64,000 nt of DNA from Paraphysomonas bandaiensis (GCA_965644295.1 CBFFRP010000080.1:248001-312000), one strand, 5' to 3'; numbered from the stretch's first letter, positions 1 through 13,360 are shown. The notes: a model not told the origin generated them from the letters alone. Numbers and translations: made by a program.

Positions 1-479
1 CTGGCCTAGTTAGCACCAATGAGAAAGATAGCTGAAATGAGAGCGAAGCAGGCTGCTAACAGATCTTGGAACGCAGTTCGCATGAAGCGATTGTATGGTG
101 CCTGCAATGTACTATCAAATACTAGGTAGTTCATGACTCATCAAATACGTTTTCATTATTTTAATTTCATTGCCAACTGTTTTGATTTCTTTCTGGTGAT
201 ATTTATTTATTGTTTCATTTATTACTCTTTGACTTTTCTCACTATATATGAGTACTCTCAGTGGAAGTTATGCATTACACAGGTTACAGTACGTAATAAT
301 CGAATAACAACAAATTTTAAATTTCTTACTCGGTTAGTGCAAATTTTAAAAAGTAGTATCTATAAAATATAATCCATCTCTATGCACAACATGCTACACA
401 GTGTGTATCAATATTATAAATATGGTTAGAATTAGAATAGCATGCTACAAGTCGCCTTGTGATTCTACTTCCCAAGGCA

Positions 480-822
480 TGTTGTCAACAAGCAAATGCG
501 ACACTCACTGTGAGTGTCGAAGTAAGATCGTACGAGAAATGAGTGGTAGTAGAGACTACATGAATGATAAGAGATATTGATTATAATTTATAATTCTCAG
601 CATTGAGTATAAATTTACTTTCTTTTGTTAAGTTAATACTTCTCATATAATGTCGAACTTTGATAGCAATGAGTCACTACAACTTGTATATTCCGTTTTA
701 CTACTATATATTTATCGTCATTCATTCTCACAGTACGATTAACAAGGCTACAATTGTATACTACTGTAATTTAAATACCTTATAACTACAGCTTTCAATT
801 GCTCTCATAGCAGAACTCAACA
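480..822 (-). repeat. Probable 3' LTR of the Copia element
   Basis: TGTTG at 480 and CAACA at 818-822. On the minus strand a purine tract (GAGAGGAG, 823-830) directly precedes TG. The terminal ~33 bp recur at 11806-11839. Left boundary tentative. Confidence 0.6.
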
Positions 823-3100
823 CTCCTCTCAATTCAAAGCTGTAGATAGACTATTCATTTCACAAGACATAACTGACGGATACGCAACCACCGAAAACCA
901 AACAGGACAAACAAGTGGACGTATGACTCCAACATATCAGCTAGTCTCACTTCACAGTCAACTGATCACCTCTACGTCGTTTGAACGAATTCTCTCTAAT
1001 AACCTCAACAGATGATTTCTGATCCTCTCCTAGACATCTCTTCCTGTGCTTCTCGTAAGTCACACCACACAAAGATTTCGTAAATATGCTGCTGTCTGAT
1101 CATCAGTCCAAACGTTGTACAATATAGTAGTGTTAAAGGGACCATCTGGATCTACGTGTTCCCGAACCCAATGGTACTTGATCTCGATGTGCTTCGAACC
1201 GGATTCAATGCTAAGTCACGATCACTCCTGCTATCCAGGGAAAATGGTATGGGTTCGCGTAGACGAAGTCCTAATTCTTGCATGCCAGCATACATGGCCT
1301 GATAATCACTTTGTATTGATGACATTGAGACAAAAGCCTGTAATATGGACTGCCAGATAAGTGGTCCACCAGCAGCAAACACTATGTATCCAGTCGTAGA
1401 TCGATGTGACACTACATCGCCAGCCCAGTCTGCATCTGAAAAGATATGTATGTCGAAGTGCTTACCACTGAATCGAATACCCTTCCGCACTGTATCCCTA
1501 ACGAACTGTAATTATTGAGTCAATAAACAACATGTAGTAGCCCGAGTAGGTTTATATGCATATCTAGATAACAAACCAACTGCATATGCAATATCAGGGC
1601 GAGTATTCATAGATATATATAACATAGCACCCAGTAGACTGCGATAAGGATAATTATCTACTTCCTCTTTCTCATCAGCTGGGAGATCACTGTCTGCTTG
1701 ATTAATTCTGTCCATGGCTTCAAGAGGTAGCAAAGACTTTTCTTGTTTTTGATGCGGGCCCGAGGAGAAATCAGTGAATTTGTAAACAATTTTCTTCGCA
1801 TATATATGTCTGTTGATCCAGTTGAATGATATCCTGGCCTCAAGTGAAGCGGACATTAAGAAAATGTTCAACTGCTCCGTCATGTCGAAACGGTTGCAGA
1901 ATTTTTTGCTTTTACTTCTGTAATAATATGTTAAAGTCAACACATGCGATGACAATGTCATCCACATACACTTTATGACCTTTATATGCAAAATGATACA
2001 AGCATGTTCTAACACACACGGTCGAAATCCCAGTGATTTGATGAACTTGTTTACGTTTTCGACCATGATCATCTTGGTGAACTACGGAGCCCATATATTA
2101 AGGTTTTCTTTAATTTAAAACAATATTCAGATAGGATTTGAAAATTTGGGGTCGGATTTATGTAAACGTCACCTTCAATATCGGCATAACAGATCGCACT
2201 GAATACATCGAGCTGATGCACAAAAACATACTGAAAACAAGAGCTAACACCAGAATCAAGCAAACAGAGATACTCTTGACCACCGGGGCAAATGTATTCT
2301 CCACATCTACGCCAGACTGTTGACCATATCTTAGTGCTACAAGCCGTGCTTTATGCTTCTTGCTAGAGCCATTCTTGTTGTACTTTCGCTTATATACGTA
2401 GCGAGATTTGAGAGGTCAAGCAGCAGGTGAGTTTCAACTACTTCAAACACTTCATGCTAAAAAAGTGCGTTCCGTTCTGCTCTGCGAGCCTCCTTCCATT
2501 TTTCTGCATCCCTGCACTGGAGAGACTCTTCGTACGACTCAGGCTCCCTATAATCAGACTGGTCAGTAATCAATTAGTCATTGCTCGTCTTACACATATT
2601 AACGGCATCTTCCCCATATATAGGGAGTTGATTTCACCCAGAGTAGACATGTTGGTTACCACTCTTTGGGTGCGTACCCTCTTGCCTATAGCAGCCGGGT
2701 TAGCAGTTTGACTGCTAGGGACACACACACTGGTCTCTCTAGACGAAGTGCACACGCTTCTCTCGGGTAAGGCACTTGGAGTCTCCTCACTCCCTAATGA
2801 GTCATCTGCCGTAGACTGTTTGGGTGGCCCACCCCCAGCCGGCATCGATCGCTCCTTACCACCTGCCCCATCGTCACGGGTCGCAGGATTTTCCTGCCAC
2901 CTGTGGGCAAATTATACAACTTAGTTACCCTCAACAAAGTCGGACTCACACCTTCTCGTGGTGTTCTGGGGGATAAGTACAGGAGATATTTCTTCGGGAA
3001 ACTAACGTGAGCCGCAAACATAGTCACCAGATAATGTTCTGCACACTCATACCTGAAGGCGTCTTTGGGCCCTGACGAATAAACAGGCCCATCTCAAGGG
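480..3100 (-). mobile_element. Degenerate Ty1/Copia LTR retrotransposon (RT + RNase H fragments, PPT, 3' LTR)
   Basis: Fragmented minus-strand ORFs carry Copia motifs: KARLVA...TFAPVVK (~2270-2360), HQLDV..A (2069-2263), VYVDDIVIA (1912-2094), YRSLLGAMLYISMNTRPDIAYAVGLLSRY (1512-2072), RNase H FSDADWAGD..RSTTGY (1152-1490). Multiple stops/frameshifts. Right boundary approximate. Confidence 0.9.
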
Positions 3101-3649
3101 TAACCGAGGTATTGGACTGCCTGCTGAAGTTAAGCATCCGAGATGTTCACCTTGAGAACTAAAAAAATGAAGTCAGTAAATGTCAGGTATATATCAACAT
3201 TCTGCTTGCTCACTGCGTTTGATTTTTCAGTGATTGATGCTGAGTATAAGAATCTGTGTGGCCAATGACCGAGGTATAATGCGTCAAACTTTCCTCGTGG
3301 ATGCATGGCAATGGCAATGATGTGATTAGACCTGTCATGTCTTCTCACACATTTACTGCCTAGTCTTGGTTTCCCTGACTCAGGTCATTGAGATTATATC
3401 AAGGCTCTGGCACTGTTCTCCAAACAGTGTCAAGTGATTTGTGTGTGATTTTATGTTATTTCTTACTTTTTTAGTAGATTTTCATCCGAGCAAAGAAGAG
3501 GTGCACGGCTTCCTACTAGCGTAATGTAAGTCACTCAGGCGAAGATTGCAAGGTGAATGCATGTGCTGGACGAGTGCACATATAATGGAGGGAAGACATT
3601 GGAGTCAGCTTGAATTTGTAACAGATTTGGTAGGCATCTATTTCATGCG

Positions 3650-3960
3650 TCAGCGTGCAAAATTGCACCAGTGAGACCGCTTCGTGACCGTGGGAGGCCC
3701 CGGCGCTCTGGAGCTACTCTCTATTCTCCCCTCCACACTACCTGCTGCTGTGAACACCACCTTGAAGGGCCCAAACGATCTGCCGCGTATACAGGAGACA
3801 TATGCCGAAGACACCAACCACAAGTTTTTTTTGTGTTAGGACAAGTAGATTGGGCAGGAGCGTATGATTCGGCTTAATCACGCAACTCGTCGTATGCCCA
3901 TCATATACAGTGTATAGCATATACTAAATCGTGTTTGCGTTTTGCTATGAAAAATAATGT
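3650..3960 (-). mobile_element. Possible pogo/Fot1-like DDE_1 transposase remnant
   Basis: Minus-strand fragments VYDGHTT..., LLP...VGVFG and SFGPFKVVF resemble the DGH.SH / LP / FGPxK motifs of DDE_1 transposases. Heavily decayed. Confidence 0.35.
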
Positions 3961-4201
3961 ATATATAGTAGAGGTGTGAAGAGAACATGCTTTTCAACAG
4001 AATTTTAAAATTATGATCAACATCTGATCTCATCATCATTGTCGTGTTGTATAGTTGAGCACTTGTCGGTGCATGCAATAGTAACTAGATGAGAGTCCTG
4101 TTATGATTAGTGTCGCGCAAGTTGTTAGGTTAGTCGCGGCAACTCACAAGCTTGCGCTTCTTAATAATCAGATTTTCAATATCAGGATCCACTCCTGCCC
4201 T

Positions 4202-4399
4202 AAGAAAGTCTGATTATTACTTTGTTGGCTCTTTACTGATATAGAGTGAAGCTAATTTATACCACAGTATTATTGGTGCACGAATAACAACATCAGTAAT
4301 AATGTTAATCTACGTCTACAGATTCTTTATGTCAGTGCTACTGTATATATAGTAGGTAACAAGCGATATCACCCTCTATCTGTTAGCGCCCCGGAACTA
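4202..4399 (+). repeat. ~195-bp dispersed repeat, copy 1 (inverted copy at 7174-7365)
   Basis: AAGAAAGTCTGATTATTACTTTGTTGGCTCTTTACT...CTGTTAGCGCCCCGGAACTA matches the reverse complement of 7174-7365 with small indels. Confidence 0.9.
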
Positions 4400-4699
4400 C
4401 TTGTGCACATTCCTGCGAACAGTGCATTTTGTCTGGGGGCCACCTTTAGGTAAAATACCTCTGTTGTACTAGAGGTGGTGGGGACTACTGTATGCACTTC
4501 GGAGTATTGTATAGCATGTGTGCAGGGGTGAGGTCCGTGCTTTTGTACGATCCATCTGTGAAGGTGGCGTCATAGGTATCAGTGTGGGTCGTCGTGTAGT
4601 GCGTGTCGAGATCTGATATCATTTATTGTGGTTCTGTATTGGTGGGAGGTTGGTCGGGGGCTGCTGGTGAGTCGAATGCCAAGTGATCCACCCCTGCCA

Positions 4700-5600
4700 G
4701 TGCTCGCTTCTCAATTAAGGTCTTCTGGTAAAATCCGCTGACACTTGTCGAATCAGAGCCAAGTAAAATCGTTCAGCCTCTTTAATAGCTGATGTGACGG
4801 ATGATCACTGTCTCTCCCCTGCTGGGCAGCCATATAATAACATCCTTGAATTCAAATGTCAACTCAAACGGTGAGTACCCCGTTTTTCGCTACTCTCATG
4901 AGTATTGAGAATATACATATATTATAATGGCGAGAGTAACAGTTCCTCCAAGACACAGTCAGCACCTCCACTCGCTTATCAAAAACAATAGCCCGGATGT
5001 GACGAACAACAACAACAACTTCCTTAATGAGACGCTCACATCCGTTGACATGCCTGTTAGCGATTCTAAAGACATAACGAAGACCTGACAGCTTATATAA
5101 CCAATTCCCCAAAGTAGTTCCGATTTCAAATTAGGACCCATGTCTGAGATAATCATATCCGTGACCCCGTATGTGCACCAGCACTTCTATATCGCTGTAG
5201 CCAAGTTGATAGCTGCCATTCCTTTCACTGCATATAGTTGCACCTTCTTCGTAAACAGATTCACCATCATAACACCACAATGTGAGTGAATCCCGATTTC
5301 GAAACTGGTGTAATGGCAACCGCATCAATCCTCAAAAAGCACATCTGGAATGCGGTGGTTTTAAATGTCTTGTGATAGGAATTAAACGCTCCTTCAGGTC
5401 TCTCCGGTTCTTCTGACAGTTGATGCATTCATCCACGAAGTCGGCAATTACCTGGAAAGGCACACCGTGTCCAGGGAAACTGCTCACACAGACGTTTCCA
5501 CGTCTTTTTCGCACCCCAATGTCCTACCTGCGCGTTGAAGAGTCTTATACATATATAAACACATACTGTTCGTCCTCAATGTTTCTCACAAATGATCAGA
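4700..5600 (-). mobile_element. Degenerate Ty3/Gypsy-type integrase remnant
   Basis: Zn-finger-like FVDECINCQKNR (5332-5514), core IISDMGPNLKSEL and HVNGCERLIKEV...RHIRAIVFDKR (4864-5156). Frameshifted. Confidence 0.7.
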
Positions 5601-5639
5601 ATATATTTGATGAATCAACACCGTATCGTATAGAGTAAT

Positions 5640-6110
5640 CAAAGGTCCAAGAAAGGTACAGAGATACAAGTTACTGCTGTTGGTCGTGTGAATGATTGGA
5701 CTACTGTCATTGAATTCTCTGCAGACATAAATCGTTTTTCTTTGCTCTGGAAAAAAGATCAACGATATGGGCTACGAATTTGTTGTGTGGAATGGGATTC
5801 GAATCATTAATAATAAAACTGGAGCGACAGTACTGGAGGGACCTATGATCAACGGAATCACTGCGGTACCAACGCAACAACTACTGTATTAGTACACCAA
5901 ATGACTCAAGCAATGAAGCACGAGAATCAAACTTCACTGGCCAGTATGGAGAGAATGAGCTAGTAGAGCTGTTGCATAGGAGGCTTGTTGGTCATTTCAA
6001 CAAGGGAGCCCTGCCTGACAGAAGCACACACAGGAGAATGCCATTTACAAGATCCAACCTCCAGAGGAAATATTTTTGACAAAAAGACTGTGACAAGTCT
6101 GGCTTTATAT
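5640..6110 (+). mobile_element. Copia GAG-pre-integrase fragment
   Basis: ELLHRRLVGHFN at ~5966-6002 matches the LWHxRLGH pre-integrase motif. No intact ORF. Confidence 0.5.
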
Positions 6111-6515
6111 TTCTGTATATTGCCTAGTATGACACGCATGAGTTTATCAACATACTATAACATCTGATTAGTTTGACCCCAGGGATATCATATGGTCGAC
6201 GAACTATCTTCAAGACGCCTCTTCGTAGAAGAGCTTTCTTTTCTGTTCGTCTGGCTGTTCTCCTCTCGTCTGCCTGAGGAGACCTCCCCGCCTCTAGAAA
6301 ACTGTTTGGTTCACGAACATGCTCACTCACTGCACTTTCATCTAAACATACAGCATTGACATCGGCATCTAGTACTTTCTATCATGATAATTTCTCCTCA
6401 CACCGAAACGTTTGCTAGTCTCCTCCGTAGACGCCTTCTCCGCCCTCTGTGTGTATATGTTCTGTGGATACTCTCTGGGATTTGTACTGTTAGATTGTGC
6501 AACAGTATTGAAAAG

Positions 6516-6620
6516 TCAGGTACTTCCTGAGTCAAAACTCGTTCAGGTTCTCTCTGAGATGAATCTTCATCAGGTACTCTCTGAGATTTCTCTGCATCAA
6601 GTACTCCCTGAATACCATGA
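6516..6620. repeat. Four degenerate 27-bp tandem units in the retroelement linker
   Basis: TCAGGTWCTYYCTGAG-type core recurs every 27 nt (plus-strand reading QVLPESKLV/QVLSEMNLH/QVLSEISLH/QVLPE). Confidence 0.7.
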
Positions 6621-7173
6621 TTAACTAGCTGCTCCTGATGGCTCTCAGGTTCTGGGATAGTGGACGTACTCCGTCCATCAGTGGTACTAGAGGCGTCCCT
6701 CGTTCCCGTGTATCCAGGCATATTCCTCTTGTCATTACCTGAACATCTTCGATATGTATGTATACAGCAGGTACCTTCTGTTCATGTGGATTCTCCCCGC
6801 AGTTACTAACGACCGACATCCAACAACGATGATGCCCTTTCTTTCTATTACTCTATAGTGGTCTTGTACAAAGGTCCGTCTTCATCGTCTATGTAAAAAG
6901 TCTTCACGAGATGCTGATAATCATTCACCGTCTTCGGTCTAGGTGCTGTTCGTACTCACAGTGCGTCAATTTCCGAGAAATATTCTTCCGAACGCGGGGG
7001 TATATTTTCGTCCGTTAATATATGGACAGACGTGACAACCTTATCTGTAGCTGGGATACATACCTGATATCCCACCTTTTGTTTCCGAATATCTCATGAG
7101 AAATCCGACCTTCGCCATGTCATCCCACTCGTTGCGCCTGTCAGCCTTAGGAGTCAGTACACACGTCCTGCAC

Positions 7174-7365
7174 TAGTTCCGGGGCGCTAACAGATAAAGG
7201 GTGATATTGCTTGTTATCTACAGTAACACTGACATAAAGAATCTGTAGACGTAGATTAACATTATTTTTGATGTTGTTATTCGTGCACCAATACTGTGGT
7301 TTAAATTAGCTTCACTCTATATATCAGACTAGTAAAGAGCCAACAAAGTAATAATCAGACTTTCT
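7174..7365 (-). mobile_element. 192-bp insertion with ~16-bp target-site duplication (SINE-like or templated filler)
   Basis: Flanked by TACACACGTCCTGCAC (7158-7173) and TACATACGTCCTGCAC (7366-7381). It interrupts Copia integrase and is homologous to 4202-4399. Confidence 0.75.
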
Positions 7366-8039
7366 TACATACGTCCTGCACCCCCACACTCTAAAACAAT
7401 TCAGGCTAGGCGGTTGTCCTGTGACATATTCATATGGAGATATGTATCCTTTGTCCATCTTGGTCGGAAGTCGGATTAGAGTAGTGTAAAACGGGCGGCA
7501 AAATACGCATCTAGCTAGAACTGTACTGGTATAAGCCTGATTGCAATAACATAGCAAGCGCCATTTTTGAAGCAGTACGAAATTTTCTCTCCTCCACAGC
7601 ATTCATCTCAGGGGTATCAGTGGAAGACCATCATGTGAGTTTGAGACATCCTTGGGACCGAAAATAACTTCTAAGTTCTTGATTCACAAGCTCGCCTGCT
7701 CCATCAGCATAATAGTGAGTCGCTCTCAATTTGTGAACTGTTGTAAATATCTCCTTCGAACACCTCTCTAAAAAACTCAATGACTGACTCTTTAGTGCAC
7801 TGGCTGAGTCCTTTTACCAAGAACATCCTACTCGGGTGATGGGTGATTTTGACCACATTGCGCTCGCCTCTATATATGTGCAGAAGTACTGTATTAAGAA
7901 ATACTTGCACATCCGCAGATATATCCGGCTTGATGTTTGTGTATCATCCTTTCTTCGAAATGAAACCCTTGTAATTTTTGATCTAGCGCATATATGACAC
8001 AAACACATTTTCTTCAATGCACTAGGGAATCTTCAGGAA

Positions 8040-9020
8040 TAGTCAGAGGAAGAGCCATATATACGTTCGCACCGGTTGTCAAAGGGATAACTATCAGACT
8101 TGTGATTATTGCAATTGCTTTTATGTTTCACATGCATGTACACCAGCTCGATGTCAGCTCTGCATTTTGTTATGCGAACTTAGATGAAGACGTCTACATG
8201 TACCGACCTCCATATGACGAACTCAGCGATGGATGGTGCTTTAAACTCATCAAAGCGCTGTATGGTTACAATCCTCACCGCGCCAATGGAATTGCTACAT
8301 CCTCACACCGTTGCCATCGAATGCACAAGAATTACTAGCTGCAGAACGGGAACTTACATCAGAACGGGAGAGGACTGGGTCTCAAATTTTCCGTATCGTA
8401 GTATTATTGGAGCAATCCTGTATCTCGCACTTCATACAAGACCAGATCTTGCCTTTGCGATTGGACAACTATCGAGATACAGCAGTAAGCCTACGTGTAT
8501 GCATCTTGTCGGTTAGCAATTCATTTATTGAAATACTTGAGAGGAACGACGAATAAAGGGATCAAATTCAGTGGAACTAAATTCGATTTACATGTGTTCA
8601 GTGATGCGGACTCGGCAGGTGATATACTCACGAGACGTTCGACAACGGGATATATTGTATTCTTATGTGCAGGAGCTATTGCATGGCAGTTGTTACATCC
8701 AGCATGGAGTCCGAATATATGGCTGGGTATGCTGCAATGAAAGAATTGGTCTGGCTTCGGGGAGTGCTCCGGAACTAGGACTATCGCTAACGAAGCCAAC
8801 TCCATTCTTCATTTACAGCAAGAGCGCTAAAGATTTATCGGAAAATCCAGTGTATCATAAACGATCGAAACATATACAGATAAAGTATCACTGGGTACGG
8901 GAACACGTCAATGGTAAGTTCCCAACAGCCAGGCTAAACATTTTTCAACTAAAAACATGGCTGCTGACATTCGTTTTATCCTATAAGATGACTATGTGTG
9001 AAAGTCTGATTATTACATGA
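8040..9020 (+). mobile_element. Degenerate Copia RT + RNase H (second element, plus strand)
   Basis: TFAPVVKG..HQLDVSSAFCYANLDEDVYM, FPYRSIIGAILYLALHTRPDLAFAIGQLSRY, FSDADSAGDILTRRSTTGY, NPVYHKRSKHIQIKYHWVRE, spread over frameshifted ORFs. Confidence 0.92.
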
Positions 9021-9089
9021 GAACGGTTGCGTACAGAAACTAGTTTATGTCTATAGACTAGCTAATAACTAGATTTGCTATATACTACT

Positions 9090-10885
9090 AGTGGCGGGCA
9101 ACCGTCTCGGGACTGCTTGTGCATCGCTGCGAGCACCATGGTGCAACCGTCCCTTGTAGTGAGGTTAGTCGGGGGGTCTACCTTTGGGCAATGTGTCTGG
9201 CGGGCCTGTGCCATGGATTATGTGGGGGGTGGGTGAGGCGAGATGTATATGAGAGTGCAAGTCGGTGGTGGAGATGGTGCTGGTTGTTGAGGTGGGGTTT
9301 CGGCTACAAGTAAGGAGAAGTTGTTTCCGGAGTGGTTGCCCTTGCCTCTGTCGGGTCTGGGCTCTTGCAGAGAGTGTAGTTCGTGGGGTGGATGTCGCCT
9401 GGAGTAGCTGGAGTACTTTTGGTGTCGGGTGGGTATCCTGGGGCTGGCGTTGCTTTGCGTGTGTCGGGACCGGTGTCGCCGGTGCCGTGTCTACGTTGTG
9501 GTGTCTGTGTCCCCTATTGCGAAGCATGCGGAGCCCTCCATCATATAGGGGGAGTAGGATAGAGGCGATGGATTTTTCTAGGGCGTGGAATTGATGTTCG
9601 AGCAGTGAGCTGGATATGTGGCGTCCGAATGCGTCGGCCATTTGTGTGGCAGTAATGTGGCCGGTCCAGTAGCGCTCAACCTGGGGGGTGGTTGGGTTCC
9701 ATGCGGCTTTGGCTAGTTTGGTTATGGCGGTGTAAAACCAGGGATGGGGGAGCGTGCGTGTGCGAAGTTTGTCAAGCTTATTGTGGTGTGCTTGGTGGAC
9801 ATCTTCACGTATGTGAATGATGTCAGGGTGAGTGCAGGTGAGAAGCATGTGCGCCAAGTTGTCTGTGGGGTGTGCACAGTCTGCGCATGTGGAAGCCGTT
9901 GTGCGATCATGTCCGGATTTTCCTTTGGCTCGGTTTCTACCCATTGCAAAGGATTTGTCCCATACGTATGCCGTCTCGCGTATACGCTCTGCGAGGGGGA
10001 TGTAGTGTTTGGAGGAGTTATGGGTACGGAGGGGATGGAGCTTGTGTGGGAGCCTTGTTCCGCTGCGTGTCCAATACTGCGGGTCTCGTTGCGTTTGTGC
10101 AGCATACATGCTATCTCGTCGGAGGGTGTATTGATGGAGGTCCCACTGGTGGTGGAGATCTGTAACGTCTCCTAGCATAGGACCGAGGTCTGTGAGGAGG
10201 TGTGTATCGTATCTACGCCAGTGCCATTGACCCGTGGTGAAGAATTCTTCCAGTATGTGCGTAGCGTCAGTTGTGACAACACTGTAGTTGGAGGCTCCGA
10301 GCACTTTGTCTAGTGTCTTCCAGTCGCCGCTGGCGGCGGCGTCAGCTATATAAATGCCGTGGTCAGTGTAGGTCCAGTTGCTTTGATCTTGTGTTCTACG
10401 TTCGGGATGCGAGCGCGTCCATTGTATTGGACGCTGTTTAAGAGCTGTGGTGGCGAGACATTCGTAAAATATTCCCTGGGGCTTTGTTCCGAGGGCGCGC
10501 CGTCTGTGTGAGAGGGCCTCTTTGGTCCGCGTCTGTACCGCCTGGCAGTCAGTCCAGATTGGCACGGAAGAGTGGAGTACATTGGAGAATGTCAGTGCTG
10601 CTGACATTGCAAGGGTTTCGTATGTGTATGCGTTGAGGCCAGGCGCTGTGTGCTGTGGTGCCGTAAGTTGTAGGATTTTGGTTTGTCTGTGACCCCAGGT
10701 GTTCTTGGGCGGGAGCCATACAATTGCAGCTCCTCCGTCGTGAGAATTGGGCTGTGTGTGGGTGTTGCCGAGTAGGTGAGCAGGGGTGAGGTGTGTGCGT
10801 GTGAAGGATCCATCCGTGAAGATGGCTTTGTAAGCATATTTGTGATCATTGTACAGTTGTAGCTGTGATTGGACTTTGTCAATGG
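9090..10885 (-). mobile_element. 5'-truncated non-LTR (LINE-like) retrotransposon: RNase H + CCHC zinc finger
   Basis: GC-richer block. AIFTDGS (~10810-10830, alternate frame), IWTDCQAV and IQWTRSHP...GIYIADAAA are RNase H motifs. CADCAHPTDNLAHMLLTC (C-x2-C-x8-H-x4-C) lies in ORF 9165-10607. The 3'-end segment 9113-9150 recurs at ~11131-11168. Confidence 0.75.
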
Positions 10886-10960
10886 TAGCTCGGAATTGTT
10901 ATAAGATGACTAGATGATATACATAGCTGTAGCATAATGACGATTACTCGTTTCTACATT

Positions 10961-11839
10961 ATTGAGGAGGAGTGTTGGAATACGTATGTTGAAGGTCTTC
11001 TTATTTAGCAATAGGCGTTAAGAACTCGTTCCGATATAGTGGCTAGTTGAATGCTAGATCTACTAGTTAGACCTCTACCCATAACTAATCAGCACAAATT
11101 CTATTATCCTACTATTTAGCGCTACAGAAGCTGCTTGTGCGTCGCCGCAAGCACCAAGGTGCAACCACTTCCGTTCTTTTGGAAGACGTATGGATCTCTA
11201 AGATAGTACTGTAGAATACGTTAATACAATGTGAAAATCAGTAATACGTAGTCAAAGATACTATATAGCTATAACTGTGAAACTGAATTATTGTATCATG
11301 ACGATTCAAGATACGGAAGTTGAGCAGTGGTTGACATGAACGAAATAATTTATTATGTTGTTTACATGTTTTACATGACAACGCACACTATTGTGTATGA
11401 AATGATAATAAAGAGTCTATCTACTGTAGGTTAATAACAATAAAATCTTAATTGTGAAGATGACCAATAGTCAATACTCCTTATAGATCTGATATATAGC
11501 AGACAACAGCCAAACGCTACCAAGATGGAAATTGACATAACTGAACCATACTTTCACTCTATGCTTAGATATAAGTTAGAAAGATATAGTAACGTATACT
11601 TATAATCAATATCACTTGTCAATCGCCAAATTCGTATTGTCTCAACTACCGATCATATCCATACAATAGATATCACGATCTTATGCGGTCAATATATTTC
11701 AGTTTCACTACTATGACAGCTATCATAACATTAGTTCTCATAATACAGTCAACCACTTCTGTATTCTTCCATTAACAGTGAGAAGTCAAATATCTTTGAA
11801 CTATTGCTTTCAATTGCTCTCAAATAGCAGAACTCAACA
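10961..11839. repeat. PPT plus LTR-like sequence and a second LTR terminus
   Basis: GAGGAGGAG then TGTTGG at 10973 looks like a plus-strand PPT/LTR junction. 11806-11839 (GCTTTCAATTGCTCTCA..TAGCAGAACTCAACA) matches 791-822. Confidence 0.5.
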
Positions 11840-13127
11840 AACAATGCTAGGTGTCAGACCCTTCTGAGGCAGCTCAAGAACAATCTCACTCCCCAGGAAC
11901 AACTTGAGTATATACACAATAAAATGAGCAGCGTTTGGCTAATTTAGTCAGTTTGTAGATGAAGTAGACTGTTAAATAGTCACGATGGAGAAGTTGTGCC
12001 TTAGCTCTGATAAGGAATGTAAAAGCACTTTTGTGCACAGGTCAGGATAATTGATTACGAAGCGTATAAATTGATAATGCAATATATGCCGAGGCTTCAT
12101 TTCATGTTTGCATGATAGCTAGTGATCTACAGGCCGCTTGGCTACGCGGATGAGTCACCATCCCCAACACAACGCAGCACAATCGACAACGTAGTCACAT
12201 GCACAGGTTAGTACTACTAACAATAATACCTTGTTGACTACCTCAGCAACACATGGTGAACTGAAACAAATCTACAAATGGATTGATGCGTTTACCCTCC
12301 TAGGACTGCAACTATATATAGCACAGCGCATAATACATCTAAACAAGGTGCAACCACATACGACGTCCGCCGAGTTATTGTCGACGTGCAGCCAACACAG
12401 CATCCTTATCGACATCAATACACACAGGGCGCTGTGAGAAAGTAAATATAAATCTCACACTCATATCAGTATATACCTTCAAATCAGAGGGGTCAATTTG
12501 ACATGATACTCACTGGAGTTATTCTCATGTGAGTCTCTCTGATGATCAGCTCTGCAGTATGAGTATATTCATATGCTCTGTTTCAAATCACTAAATTGAA
12601 TATTATACAAAATCATCCGATCGTATTACCTGAGAGCCCTCTGGCGTTATATGACAGTCATGGCCACGGAATCAACTCTGCTATCTCTGTCTTTGAAATA
12701 GACCAACTCTCCTGTATGATCACCAGCTAATTCACAACCAGCAGCATGTGGCATGAAAACATTATGAGTTCATCTCCACGCAGAGTGTGTTCATGATTAC
12801 AGCAAATATCAGAGTCTGCTCCAGTGCACTGTATTCTATAGGCGTTGTTTGTTCCACTGGAGGACTTCCAAAAATGCTGCAGTATGGAGTACGGTGTATG
12901 AAGAAATGGTCGAAGTGCAGAATTCCCCTGCTGCTGCTGTACCTGGTGAACAGCAGTGTATTCTGCTGTATTCTGCATGTTGTATCCTGCCATATTTTAT
13001 GTACGACAGTGGTACTGTACGAGCAGAGTGTGAATGGAGGGAGGGCCAGGGGAGGGATCAAGTGGATATGATGTTAAGCTAACACATCGCATGGTCTTAA
13101 GATAGTTCAAATTTGATATTGATGTGA

Positions 13128-13260
13128 ATGAGGCCAAACTTTGGTAATAATCTTATGAAGTGCGTTTACCGTCAATTTTCACGATCGCACTTGCGTTATT
13201 TTTCAATCTCGGCTCAATCAATCCAACCATTTCTCAATCCAACCAAGCGTAACTTACCAA
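13128..13260 (+). CDS. Predicted first coding exon of the PKS (mitochondrial-presequence-like peptide)
   Basis: ATG 13128 (or in-frame ATG 13155) reads MRPNFGNNLMKCVYRQFSRSHLRYFSISAQSIQPFLNPTKRNLP. A phase-1 donor GTGTGT at 13261 (alternative GTAACT at 13249) and an acceptor ...CTAACACGAAG at 13343 join in frame to S-I-Q-N-I-K-M(13361). Confidence 0.55.
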
Positions 13261-13360
13261 GTGTGTTAGGAGCAATCCTAATGACTTTCCACATTATTAT
13301 TTGTTTAAAGCAACAGAAAATAATAGAAGGGTCTAACACGAAGGTATTCAAAATATTAAA

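Larger units (their letters stand above)
6120..8025 (-). mobile_element. Degenerate Copia integrase and INT-RT linker
   Basis: CHICARSKITRVSF (7814-8017), DGAGEL-like core (~7690-7715), SPYEYVTGQPPSLNCFRVWGCRT (7324-7602). It continues as CVLTPKADRRNEWDD once the 7174-7365 insertion is removed. Confidence 0.8.

Noticed and set aside
1-130. Possible last exon of an upstream gene (LAPMRKIAEMRAKQAANRSW...)
   Set aside because: Too short and truncated by the window edge to identify.
12231-13082. Short ORFs upstream of the PKS (one faintly SPEF1/CH-like)
   Set aside because: Similarity is limited to a few residues, and no coherent gene model could be built.
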